From contig CM069166.1 of the NCBI GenBank assembly GCA_035221665.1, positions 9,238,001 through 9,302,000 of the forward strand: a stretch of 64,000 nucleotides of DNA. Reading direction: 5' to 3'. Position 1 is the first letter of the stretch. Each line of letters begins with the position of its first letter. Source of the stretch: Okamejei kenojei (taxonomy: Eukaryota). A program made the translations under genes and the position numbers. Shown in pieces: positions 1-9,900 of the stretch. The notes below the pieces were generated by a model. It saw nothing but the letters and a program-made list of their open reading frames with translations. It was not told where the DNA came from and ran no database searches.

Positions 1-320
1 TCGTGTATATGAATGTGAGTTAGTTCCCTTAATGGCTGCCAAGTGCAACTATTAAGTAAATTCAGCATTGGATCAATTGTATGCTTAAAAAACTGTAGAT
101 TGCAAGTTTTAGGCTCCAGATCAGCATACATTTACTAAATTTAATTCTTCATTGGAGACCCATTGGAGTTGCACAAATTCTGAAAAAACATTTACAACCT
201 TCAATATTGTAAGATCACGGGTTTACAGAAAATCAAATTCCACATAAATGCTATTTGCATGCAGCAGTCCTGAACTACCCCTATGAAAAATGCAAAATGA
301 TAATTTTGTTTTTAGCATAC

Positions 321-478
321 CTAGAGCTTCAATCATTCCCCTGATATCAGCCAGCAAATACTCAATTTTGTAGTCACTCCGGTCTTGCGGTGCATCAGAA
401 TCCCCGTATCCACGCAGGTCCATAGCCACCACTCGGTACTTACTTTTGAACTCACGCAGCTGGTAACGCCACGAATAC
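321..478 (-). CDS. EPHX3: Epoxide hydrolase 3/4-family gene, coding exon 3 (gene continues beyond window start)
   Basis: AG/GT-bounded 158-nt exon encoding (W)YSWRYQLREFKSKYRVVAMDLRGYGDSDAPQDRSDYKIEYLLADIRGMIEALG, with the alpha/beta-hydrolase DLRGYG motif. Symbol assigned from adjacency to BRD4. Confidence 0.9.
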
Positions 479-743
479 CTGTGACACAAACAACAATTGT
501 TCAACGCAGCAACAATTAACAAGCTAGGGCCTGCGGCACACTTTGGATGAATACATGCAGATATTGCCCTTGGTTCAATGTACCCGCAGCCACATACTGA
601 AGAATCAATAAGGGCTTTCATTCCTATAAACAGCACAGTATTTTTTCTTCGTCCAGAAAGTTTTGATTCCTTGCTGTTAAAAAAAGTTTGATTTTCAGTG
701 GTTACACAACCAAGGAGATGTATTCATCAGGATGAGTCAGGTT

Positions 744-1035
744 GGGGTGGCACTATGGCGCAGCGGTAGAGTCACTGGCGTACAGCGCCAGACACCCGGG
801 TTTGATCCTGACTACGGCTGCTGTCTGTACGGAGTTTGTACGCTCTCCCTGTGTCCGTATGGGTTTTCTCCGCACTCCAAAGACATACAAGTTTGCAGAT
901 TAATGAGCTTTAGTAAAAATTTCAAATTGTCCCTAGTGTGTAGGATAGAACTAGTTGCATGGGGGTGATCGCTGGTTGGCACAGACACGGTATGCTGAAG
1001 TGCCTGTTTCTATCTGTATCTCCAAAGTCTAAAGA
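744..1035 (+). mobile_element. HE1-type tRNA-derived SINE (V-SINE) of elasmobranchs
   Basis: A box TGGCGCAGCGG, B box GGTTTGATCC, core GGAGTTTGTACG...GGGTTTTCTCC, CR1-like tail. Same family at 33225-33513 and 50074-50384. Confidence 0.8.
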
Positions 1036-1251
1036 TTCAAATGTATAATGTCACTCTGCATCTCATGACATCCTAAATTGCTTTATAGTAAACAATGTGG
1101 ACTGTGTGGATATTATGGGCTGAAGGGCCTGTTTTTGTGCTGTACAGTTCTATGTAGAGTCCACATTCGTATTTATTTTGCTATGACTAAATAGGGCAAC
1201 TCTCTACTGACAGGAAAAATTGGTAAGTAAATAACAGGGGACATTGTTTAC

Positions 1252-1337
1252 CAGATCTCAGGAAAGCCATGGAGTAGCAACATCAACTGCTTGTTCCTCT
1301 CGCCAGCTGCCACATAGTGAAATCGCAGCCCTGAATC
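1252..1337 (-). CDS. EPHX3: Epoxide hydrolase 3/4-family gene, coding exon 2
   Basis: 86-nt exon (ag|GATTCA...ATCTG|gtaaac) encoding [29 protein letters not shown], with the HGFP oxyanion-hole motif. Phases match exons 1 and 3. Not in the ORF track. Confidence 0.92.
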
Positions 1338-1904
1338 CTGTCGAAAGAGGATCGAGGGGTCAGTTCCCATCCAACACAACTGTCGCTTAGGAAACCACAG
1401 CCGTAGGTTTCAAACATAAGGACTTCCATCTTTTAAGTTATGGTAACCCTTGTAATTATTACATTCTAACTTTTAATCACCTTCAGGTGGCTATAAAAGT
1501 CAGCATTTTTCCACAGGCAGGACCTCAATACCCAGCATTCTGGACAATATGAATGGCTCAATTAATGTTACTGAAATAGTAGATATGTTCAGTCATTGTG
1601 CTGCTTTAGTAGTGCAGGAAGTGAGCAATTGGGGATATACTGAGTCACACAGTCAAAGGCTTAGCAGAGGGTTGTAAACATTTGGAAAACGCAGGCAGGT
1701 ACATTTAAAATAAAAATCCCAAATTAATGGATTTTTAAAAAATCAAGTAGGAACTAATCTGGTGAATCTTTGCTGCATTCCATCTACAAGCAAATCCTTT
1801 TATTTGGAAGGAGACCAAAACTGTACAATACTGGGGAAAAGGCCATGTTTATGTCATCATGGATCATGCATGACTATTACATGAGGAACAAGGGTCTAAA
1901 TGAC

Positions 1905-2500
1905 TGTTTTACTCCTGTCTTCATCAACAGGATGGTGGTGGAGAGAGTCAATAGATGCAGTATCTCTCTGATGATCTGTTCTGCGCCCAGCACAATGAAG
2001 CAAATGAAACTCACCAAGCTTCCTTAGAAGCTTCGACATGTCGCCAAATATGCTACCAAACTTCTGCAGGTGTACAGTGGAGAGCATGAGGCCTGCTAAG
2101 GTAACTTGAATGCCTATGAATAAGGAAGGCTGTAGAAAGGGTGGACATTGCCTGGTGCATAAGCGCATTGACTTCCCTACCATCAAAGTGATCTACTGGA
2201 AGCACTGCTTCAAAAAAGCAGCTAATATCATCACAGACCTACACCATCCTCGCCACACTGTCGTCATGCTGTTAATATTAATATCAGAAATAAAATCTCG
2301 ATTTCCATTCAGGAACAACTTCTTCTCATCAAGCATCAGGTCTCTGAGCTACCTTAAAACCCTGCCTCAGCTCTAAACTACCATGGACTTTGTACCGTGA
2401 AGATTGCTTTGGCTTGCACGATTGTGGTCTGGTTTATCTAGTTTAAGCGATCATTTACTTTATCTTCATTTGGTGTGCTATTGTGTATAATGTACGTGTA
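1905..2500 (+). mobile_element. Degraded Rex1/Babar LINE 3' fragment
   Basis: Remnant peptides (VERVN, KKAANIITDLHHP) similar to those at 56040-56760 and 36710-38140; many stops and frameshifts. Confidence 0.6.
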
Positions 2501-2884
2501 AAGCTGCCGCACCCATCCACACTAATCCCATTTTATTTTACAACATTCCCAACATTTCCTTCACCACCAAATTGAAGCCATATGCAAATTGGAATAAGTG
2601 TACCGCATATTCTGCTTGGATAAATTTCAATCCAATGGCATGAATGTTACTTTCTCCAATTTCAAGTAAAGCATCTTCTCTCTGTTGGGGGAGTGCAGAA
2701 GCAGGGGCCACAGTTTAAGAATAAGGAGTAAGCCATTTAGAACGGAGACGAGGAAACACTTTTTCTCACAGAGAGTGGTGAGTCTGTGGAATTCTCTGCC
2801 TCAGGGGGCGGTGGAGGCCGGTTCTCTGGATGCTTTCAAGAGAGAGCTAGATAGGGCTCTTAAAAATAGCGGAATCAGGGGGTG

Positions 2885-3336
2885 GGGGTTGCACGCAAGG
2901 TCACTGGGTCATAGGGCTTGACGCACGGAGCCGCTCATTCCATCTGGAGGACATCCGTAACTACCGGTATATGTTATTAATGCAAGAAACGCGTACTTTC
3001 CTACCTGTTAAAAACCGCCAAAAAGAATCGGTAAAAAAATCGTGAAGCGTGAGAGACATGTACCCAACTTCAGAATTCCAAAAGTGAAGCGAAAGGAAGG
3101 TAAAGAGAAGCGTCATTTCTCCTCACTTTTGGAATTCTGAAGTAGGATAAATGTCTCTCACGCTTATCCCGATTTCCATAATTATTTCCAGCACAAAAAT
3201 TGACAAATTTCAATGGGCCCGCTACGCTGGAAACAATGGTAAGTGCTTACCTGCAGTTCATCGCGTCTACTCCACTTGGCGTAGCGTTGCAACAGTAGGG
3301 GTCACAGGTCGTGACCCGACTGCCGTGAAACCTCCC
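2885..3336. mobile_element. Non-autonomous DNA-transposon-like element with internal inverted repeat
   Basis: About 45-bp inverted arms (AAGCGTGAGAGACAT...CTTCAGAATTCCAAAAGTGA at about 3045-3089, complement at about 3123-3165) and imperfect GGG...CCC termini. Confidence 0.5.
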
Positions 3337-3348
3337 TATTGTGTATAA

Positions 3349-3565
3349 CAGGGGTTCTCAACCAGGGGGGAATTTCAGGTTTTCAGGTGGGGAATTGGGA
3401 CCACAGATTAGCAAACTCAAACTGTTAGAAATAAAGGATTTTCAGTATTATATGCATATTATTTGGAATGCACTTTTTGAGGCAGACAATCGTGGAAAGG
3501 GGGGGAATGACATTCTGACATATGGTGAAAGGGGTGCATGGGGCAAACAAGGTTGAGAACCACTG
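3349..3565. mobile_element. hAT (Charlie-like) MITE
   Basis: TIRs CAGGGGTTCTCAACC / GGTTGAGAACCACTG; perfect 8-bp TSD GTGTATAA at 3341-3348 and 3566-3573. Confidence 0.9.
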
Positions 3566-3766
3566 GTGTATAATGTACGTGTAAAGCTGCCGCACCCATC
3601 CACACTAATCCCATTTTATCTTACAACATTCCCAACATCTCCTTCACCACCAAATTGAAGCAATATGCAAATTGGAAGAAGTGTACCTCTCATATTCTGC
3701 TCGGGTAAATTTCAATCCATTGGCATGAATGTTACTTTCTCCAATTTCAAGTAAAGCATCTTCTCT

Positions 3767-4010
3767 CTGTTGGGGGAGTCCAGAACCAGGGGCCACAGTT
3801 TAAGAATAACGAGTAAGCCATTTAGAACGGAGACGAGGAAATGAATTCTCTGTCTCAGAGGATGGTGGAGGCAGGTTCTCTGGATGCTTTCAAGAGAGAG
3901 GGCTCTTAAAGATAGCGGAGTCAGGGGATATGGGGAGAAGGCAGGAACAGTGAATGGCGGTGCTGGCTCGAAGGGCCGAATGGCCTCCTCCTGCACCTAT
4001 TGTCTATTGT
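3767..4010 (+). mobile_element. CR1 LINE 3' end (internally deleted)
   Basis: RTRGHSLRI-type ORF2 terminus and the conserved GAAGGGCCGAATGGCCT 3' hairpin, followed by a CTATTGT tail. Confidence 0.8.
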
Positions 4011-4109
4011 CTCTCCCCCCCACCATCTCTGTACACACGGAGGCCCCCTTGTTGGGGGAGGGGGGGGACACACACACACACACTCTCACAGGGGGGGGGG
4101 GGGCACACG

Positions 4110-4550
4110 TGATGCACGCGCACGGCGGCTAACGGTCGCGGCGGTTTGAAAGGCGGCCGTTTAACCGTCCCCGCCGCCCGTACCTTGAGGCGGACGAAGC
4201 CGTGAGTCCCCAGCGACGGGTCGCTGAGGCAGGCGGGCGGGCTCTCCCGCACCCGCCACTCGAAAGCCCGCCGTCGCTTCTTCGCCACCACCACGGCGGC
4301 CCGCAGCAGGACGACGGCGCAGATGACCGCGGTCAGCGTGTGGACGGCCAGCCAGCCCAGGGCGGCCAGCACAGCGCGGGTGGGCAGCAGCAGCAGACGC
4401 CGCCAGCGGGGCCGCAGCGTCGCCATCCCCGCTCCGAGTCCCGACTCCGCTCCCCCTCCCCCCTCACAAACCCATTGGCTGGCGCGCCCGCCACTCAGCG
4501 GTGGGCGGGTCGTGGCCGCAGGTGAGGCGGGGCTCAGGTGAGCGGAGGCT
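4110..4550 (-). promoter_or_regulatory. CpG island and compact promoter of the EPHX gene
   Basis: Very GC/CpG-rich stretch in an AT-rich window. Minus-strand AGCCAATGG (CCAAT box, 4474-4478) and GC boxes (GGGCGG about 4503, GAGGCGGGGC about 4524) lie just upstream of the ATG. Confidence 0.65.
4184..4426 (-). CDS. EPHX3: Epoxide hydrolase 3/4-family gene, coding exon 1 (N-terminal membrane anchor)
   Basis: ATG at 4426 in context GGGATGG. Encodes MATLRPRWRRLLLLPTRAVLAALGWLAVHTLTAVICAVVLL...PPACLSDPSLGTHGFVRLK then AAG|GTAC donor. PPACLSDPSLGTH is typical of EPHX3/4. Confidence 0.9.
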
Positions 4551-4574
4551 CCAAAGGTCATCAGGGACTCATAC

Positions 4575-5096
4575 ATAGAAACATAGAAAATAGGTGCAGG
4601 AGCAGGCCATTCGGCCCTTCGAGCCTGCACCGCCATTCAATATGATCATGGCTGATCATCCAACTCAGTATCCTGTACCTGCCTTCTCTCCATACCCCCC
4701 TCCCATCTCTTTAGCCACATCCAACTCTCTTAAATATAGCCAATGAACTGGCCTCAACTAGCTTCTGTGGCACAGAATTCCAGAGATTCACCACTCTCTG
4801 TGTCAAAAATGTTTTTCTCATGTCGGTCCTAAAAGATTTCCCCCTTATCTTAAACTGCAACCCCTTGTTCTGGACTTCCCCAACAATCTTCTTGCATCAA
4901 ACCTGTCCAACCCCTTAAGAATTTTGTAAGTTTCTATAAGATCCCCCCTCAATCTTCTAAATTCTAGCGAGTACAAGCCGAGTCTATCCAGTCTCTCTTC
5001 ATATGAAATTCCTGACATCCCGTGGATCAGTCTGGTGAACCTTCTCTGTACTCCCTCTATGGCAAGAATGTATTTCCTCACATTTGGAGACCAAAA
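4575..5096 (-). mobile_element. CR1 LINE 3' end
   Basis: ORF2 C-terminus IEGVQRRFTRLI...SYEERLDRLGLYSLEFRRLRGDLIETYKIL; 3' hairpin and ATAGAAAC tail repeats. Confidence 0.92.
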
Positions 5097-5112
5097 TACG
5101 TCGCTTGAGGAT

Positions 5113-6325
5113 AAGACACAAAATGCCGGAGGAACTCAGCGGAACAGGCCCTGAGAATCAGGGGAGAGGGAGACACAGATAAAGAAGGGTATAGTGTGTG
5201 GAAATGAGAAATCAAGAGAGATCTGGGTCAAGGAAAATATAGAATCGATCATTGTTAGCTAAGAGAAGGTGACATCAAAGCAACGCAAGCTTGGGCAGCT
5301 TCCAACCCAGTGGCATGAATATTGATTTCTCTAACTTCAAAGTAACCCATGCATCCCCTCTCTCCCCCCCCCCCCCCCCCCACTCAATTCATACCATCCT
5401 CAAATTGTTGAGTCTCATTGTCTAAAGGGCCTGTCGCACTTACGTGTTTTTGGCACGCAAATTACGCGACCTCGTGGTCGCGTTGAGCCGAGACGGCCAA
5501 GCGAAGGTCGGGTGCGATTACATGCATACGCACAGCCATGTGGAGCATATGATGTCATTTGAAGATGGACACAAAGCTGGAGTAACTCAGCGGGACCGGC
5601 AGCATCTCTGGAGAGAAGGAATGGGTGACGTTTCGTGTCGAGACTTCTTCAATCCGAAAAGGGTCTTGACTCGAAACGTCACCCATTGCTTCTCTCCAGA
5701 GTCCCGCTGAGTTACTCCTGCATTTTGTGTCTATCTTCCATTTTCTTGGCCCTGCTCTGGGAGTAGAAGTGGGGGCAGATCCGGACCGTAACAGCCGTGA
5801 GCCCCAGGCCGAGTTTGGCTATCGTTTGCCTGCTTCTGCTGCTGTTGAAGGCGAGACGTTGCGTTGCGCCAGTGTCTTGGGCCTGTCCCACTTATCCGTC
5901 AGTTCCACGACAGGCCGTTGGCAAAGATTTTGTTCACTGCAAGAATTTCGGAGCCCCGCGCGATGTTGGGACCGGATCCGCACAACTCCATACCCCTCCG
6001 CGCTTCTAAGTGGGACCGGCCCCGCACGGCCATACGGTGCCCGTACGCCTCAAGCAACCACGAGATCGCGTAATTTGCGAGCCAAGGAGGTGTGAGTGGG
6101 ACAGGCCCTTAACTCGTTCTCACCCGGCACACAGCGAACAATGGCCAGTTTTCTTTATCATTGTTACTTTTTTGCATATCTTTCATTCATTTGTTCTATA
6201 TACCTAATTTCTCTTTCCCCTGACTGTCTGAAGAAGGGTCTTGACTCACAACATCACCTATTCCTTTTCTCCAGCAATGCTGTCTGACCTGCTGAGTTAC
6301 TCTAACTTTAATGTCAATCTTTGTG
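5113..6325. mobile_element. Penelope-like element remnant in inverted arrangement, hosting nested insertions
   Basis: GIY-YIG C-terminal remnant LGSFQPSGMNIDF at about 5291-5330; pLTR-type ends in opposite orientation at 5113-5150 and 6225-6320. Confidence 0.7.
5426..6109. mobile_element. PIF/Harbinger-type MITE (contains a Penelope mini-palindrome at 5568-5731)
   Basis: TIRs AGGGCCTGTCGCACTTAC / GTGAGTGGGACAGGCCCT with 3-bp TAA TSD; a second internal pair of TIR-like motifs at about 5879 and 6006. Confidence 0.8.
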
Positions 6326-6604
6326 TTCCATTATCATATGCCCCAGATCCAAGGCTCCAAGTCTTTATTGTGGAATATTAGCTGCGTATCAGTTAATCCA
6401 TCCCTCGGGGTTGAAATGATTCCAGTTATGTGGAAAATAATTCCTTAATCTATCTCCTTTCCTAGTCCTTACACCCAATCTATTTTTTTAAATAAATGTG
6501 CAGGCAAGCAGCTGAATTTAGATCGCCAAGATTTGTACCCATAAATGAAAACATCTGTATTATAGGAAAATCACAAAGGAATGAAGATTACAGGACTCAC
6601 AACT

Positions 6605-6820
6605 GTTTGTACGTTCTCCGTGACCGCATGGGCTTTCTCCAGCTGCCCCGGTTTACTCCCATATTCCAGACATGCAGGTCTGTTGGTTAATTGGCTTCTG
6701 TAAATTGCCCCTAGTGCATTGGGTGAAAACTGGGATAACTAGTGTACGGCTGATCATTGTTCAGCACGGACATGGTTGGCCAAAGGGTCCGTTCCCATGC
6801 TGTATCGCTAAACGAAACCT
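6605..6820 (+). mobile_element. HE1-type SINE, 5'-truncated
   Basis: GTTTGTACGTTCTCCGTGACCGCATGGGCTTTCTCC core and GGGCC-type 3' tail. Confidence 0.7.
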
Positions 6821-6959
6821 TTAAAAGTTCAGTGTGGGAATGGCTTCTTGAAGTATGTGAAAGGCCTAGCTTGTGAACTAATTCAAAAGTCACTGGCTTT
6901 CTTAAAAAATGGCTTGTAGTTATACAAATTTTGCAATGTCAAAACATGACAAAGCATTA

Positions 6960-9900
6960 CAAGCCAATGGTACGTTTATTTCAAGTGCAGCCAGATTAAT
7001 AATATACAGAATATTAAATATCACAAGGAGCAAGAAGCAATACTTCTTCAATACTATACTTAAATTTAGCATAAAACTTAAATCAGATTAAAGGATGACG
7101 ATGGAACCCATTAGTTGAAGGTTTGTCATTAATTTTTCCTGATTGCATGTGTAGGGGTTATAGTAAAATAAACAAATTAAACAATTTTCACTTCATTCAG
7201 CTGCAGTATAAATTCTGACAATGCACGACACAGATTATATTTTTGTTCAAAAAGTAATTGTGGCAAAACTGTTTTTGTTACTTGTTCAATTTGATTTTCA
7301 CACTTTATATTGCACAATTCAATCACATTATCCCAAATTGGAATTAGTTATTCCATATTCAGTAAAAATGTTTATTTCAACAATAACTGCACAAAAACTA
7401 GGAAAATCTAGTAATTTCTTTCCACATATATTCAAAATGTTTAATACAAGCATTTTCATATTTAATATAATTAGAACTTGAATATGAGTGACATTGTGTT
7501 GCATTAAAAAAAGCTAACTATTTAATTTGATTACTGGTTTACATCACATTGATGCCATTAATCTGCAAGTTAAATTGCCCGCAAAAACATTAAATAGTGT
7601 GTAAAGTGTGCTCAGCATGTACAGCGCAAACATGAAAATTAAACTAAATATGCCTGATGTATCCAAGAACAAGACAGTTGTATTGTCTAGCAAGCAGTCC
7701 ATTTAAGGGGTGGAGTGCACACAAAAAAAATTGAGCAGGATACAAATAAAGTCACATTATTGGAAAACGTAAAAAAATACACTGGAGTAATATCCATAAA
7801 TGTGTACATCTGAAAGTTTTAAGTGTTTTGATCAGAATATAATGAAATCACCTCAGTCTCAGACTGAAAGGCTAATCTATTAACAAATGACAATATTTGG
7901 CAAATTCAAAGTACAATTGAAAACATTAAAAAGGCTATTATTCTAAATCTGAATACAAATATTTTGTTCTCTGCATACATATACAATTTAAATACATCGT
8001 TTTTTTCACCCCAAATGTGCCTTTGGGGTTTAACGTTAAGGACTTGCAATCCATTATGATATGCATTGATATCAGTTCAGAACATATTTATACCACTGTG
8101 CGCAAAGTACCCACTGAACCCTGAGCGTAGACAGCAAGCAACTCATGTAGAAGAAAAAAGTGAACTGCAATTGCCCTTTGTCCGAAATATCACTTGTGCA
8201 ATAAATCGTGCCATACTTGAAAAAATTGCTTAGAAGGAGCCGACAGTCAACCATTGTACGTTACACAAATATTACCCATCCAAAGATAATTTGAGGCTGT
8301 TGCAAATGAAAGCCTAATACAATTGGAAGTGATTTCCAGATATTTGGCATTCACAAAAATGAAATTCAACAGAACACCAAAAGAGGATGGTTTTGGCCCT
8401 ACCTCCTAACAAGCCATTTTCAATTACAAGTACAGGAAGCAACTGAAACATCAAAAGTATAAGATGCACCGATCTACAAAAACAATTATGTATCGTTGGA
8501 ACTTTTCAGAAGTAGTGTCTCTGGTATAATTGGAACCTCATAGAACAAGGGACAATTGTTGTCTTTGACCAGTCAAGTTGCCAAATAAATAGATTATAGT
8601 TTGATAGTTCTGTATATCTACATTACTAGTAATAGTAAAATAATTACCAGCCATTTTAAATTAGAAGCCCAATGTTATCAGAGTATCTACTTTTAAAAAT
8701 GCAATGAATCTCAATTGTCAATAAATGCTCAAACAAAACATGGATGGAAATTCTGTGAACCAAACTAATGGGCAATATAAAACCAGATTCAGCTGATTTT
8801 GGTGTGGTGCAATATTTGTTGATAAAGGGTTGTTAAAGGTGAAATTAAAGTTAATGAAACACTTCCCATCTAGTCTGCATAATCACAAAAGCTTTCTTTT
8901 CCTGCCTCCTAGTGGTTGAACGTTCACACTTTGAAGCAATAAAAATAACAATCTAATCCTCCACACTGGGTATACTGGTAGGGTAAATCAATTGTTTAGG
9001 GTGGCCCCAACAGATCATCAGCTACTTAGCAAACCCCAAAAATCAATGGAGACAAGGAACTGCGGAAGCTGAAATCGTGGAGGAACTCAGTTTGTCAGGC
9101 AGCATCTGTGGAGGGATTGGACAGAAGACATTGAAGAGGGCCATGACCAGAAACATCACCTGTCCATTCCCTTCACACTATTGGCCTTGCCCTATAAATC
9201 AATGCTTTGTTAATGTGCATACATTTTAAGATGTAAATATTTGACAGATCACATTTAGATTTAGAATTTATCTACAAAAGAGACAAATCTACCAATAATC
9301 CAATCCTGCCACCTGAATGACAAAACTATAGTTATGGATGGAATAGATTTGCCCAAGCTGCACAGGCTAGTGTGACAGAGTTCGCAGGACTATGATCTAT
9401 GGGCTGTTGGTTCAACCGCCCAGTCAAGGTCAACTGCCATGCTCAGATTATTGCTTATACTTTAAAAAAAACAAATGCTGCACAGGCACTTAAATTTACT
9501 GTTTTAGTCCTTGGTTAAACAACACTATTTAAGCAGAGGACACACAAACCCAGAAAAAGATCAGATTAGAGCATAGATGCATATTTACATGAGACTGCAG
9601 GAGTATCCACTTTTCATGGGACATATTACGAGGTTAGTGAAAATCATGTACAGGAATTAATGTTTTAGTCAAAATCTACAGGGTGTCCTTTTACAGGACG
9701 CTAAACTGCCATAACTACAGTCAGTATTTTGTTTTGAAGCAGAGCAGATGTGTGTGCTTGTGCTTGGGGGAGGCGAGATAATTAAATATCAATCACCAAA
9801 ATCCCTATTTCACACCAACTGCAGAAATCAGTGCCATAAACAACCAACTCTTCTCAAGTATCTCCCTTGCAGTAATGAGGCTTGTGGACTAATGTTTCAA

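Larger units (their letters stand above)
2478..3925. repeat. Local duplication of about 400 bp in EPHX intron 1 (copy A 2478-2880; copy B 3336-3925, interrupted by a hAT MITE)
   Basis: Both copies read GTGTATAATGTACGTGTAAAGCTGCCGCACCCATCCACACTAATCCC...CCATTTAGAACGGAGACGAGGAAA, including the same junction into a CR1 fragment. Confidence 0.9.

Noticed and set aside
223-636. 137-aa track ORF as a complete gene
   Set aside because: Only 321-478 is exonic; the flanks are intron read-through past clear splice sites.
5444-6287. Cluster of overlapping ORFs that could be a small gene
   Set aside because: All lie in a GC-rich Harbinger MITE and Penelope remnants; no recognisable protein.
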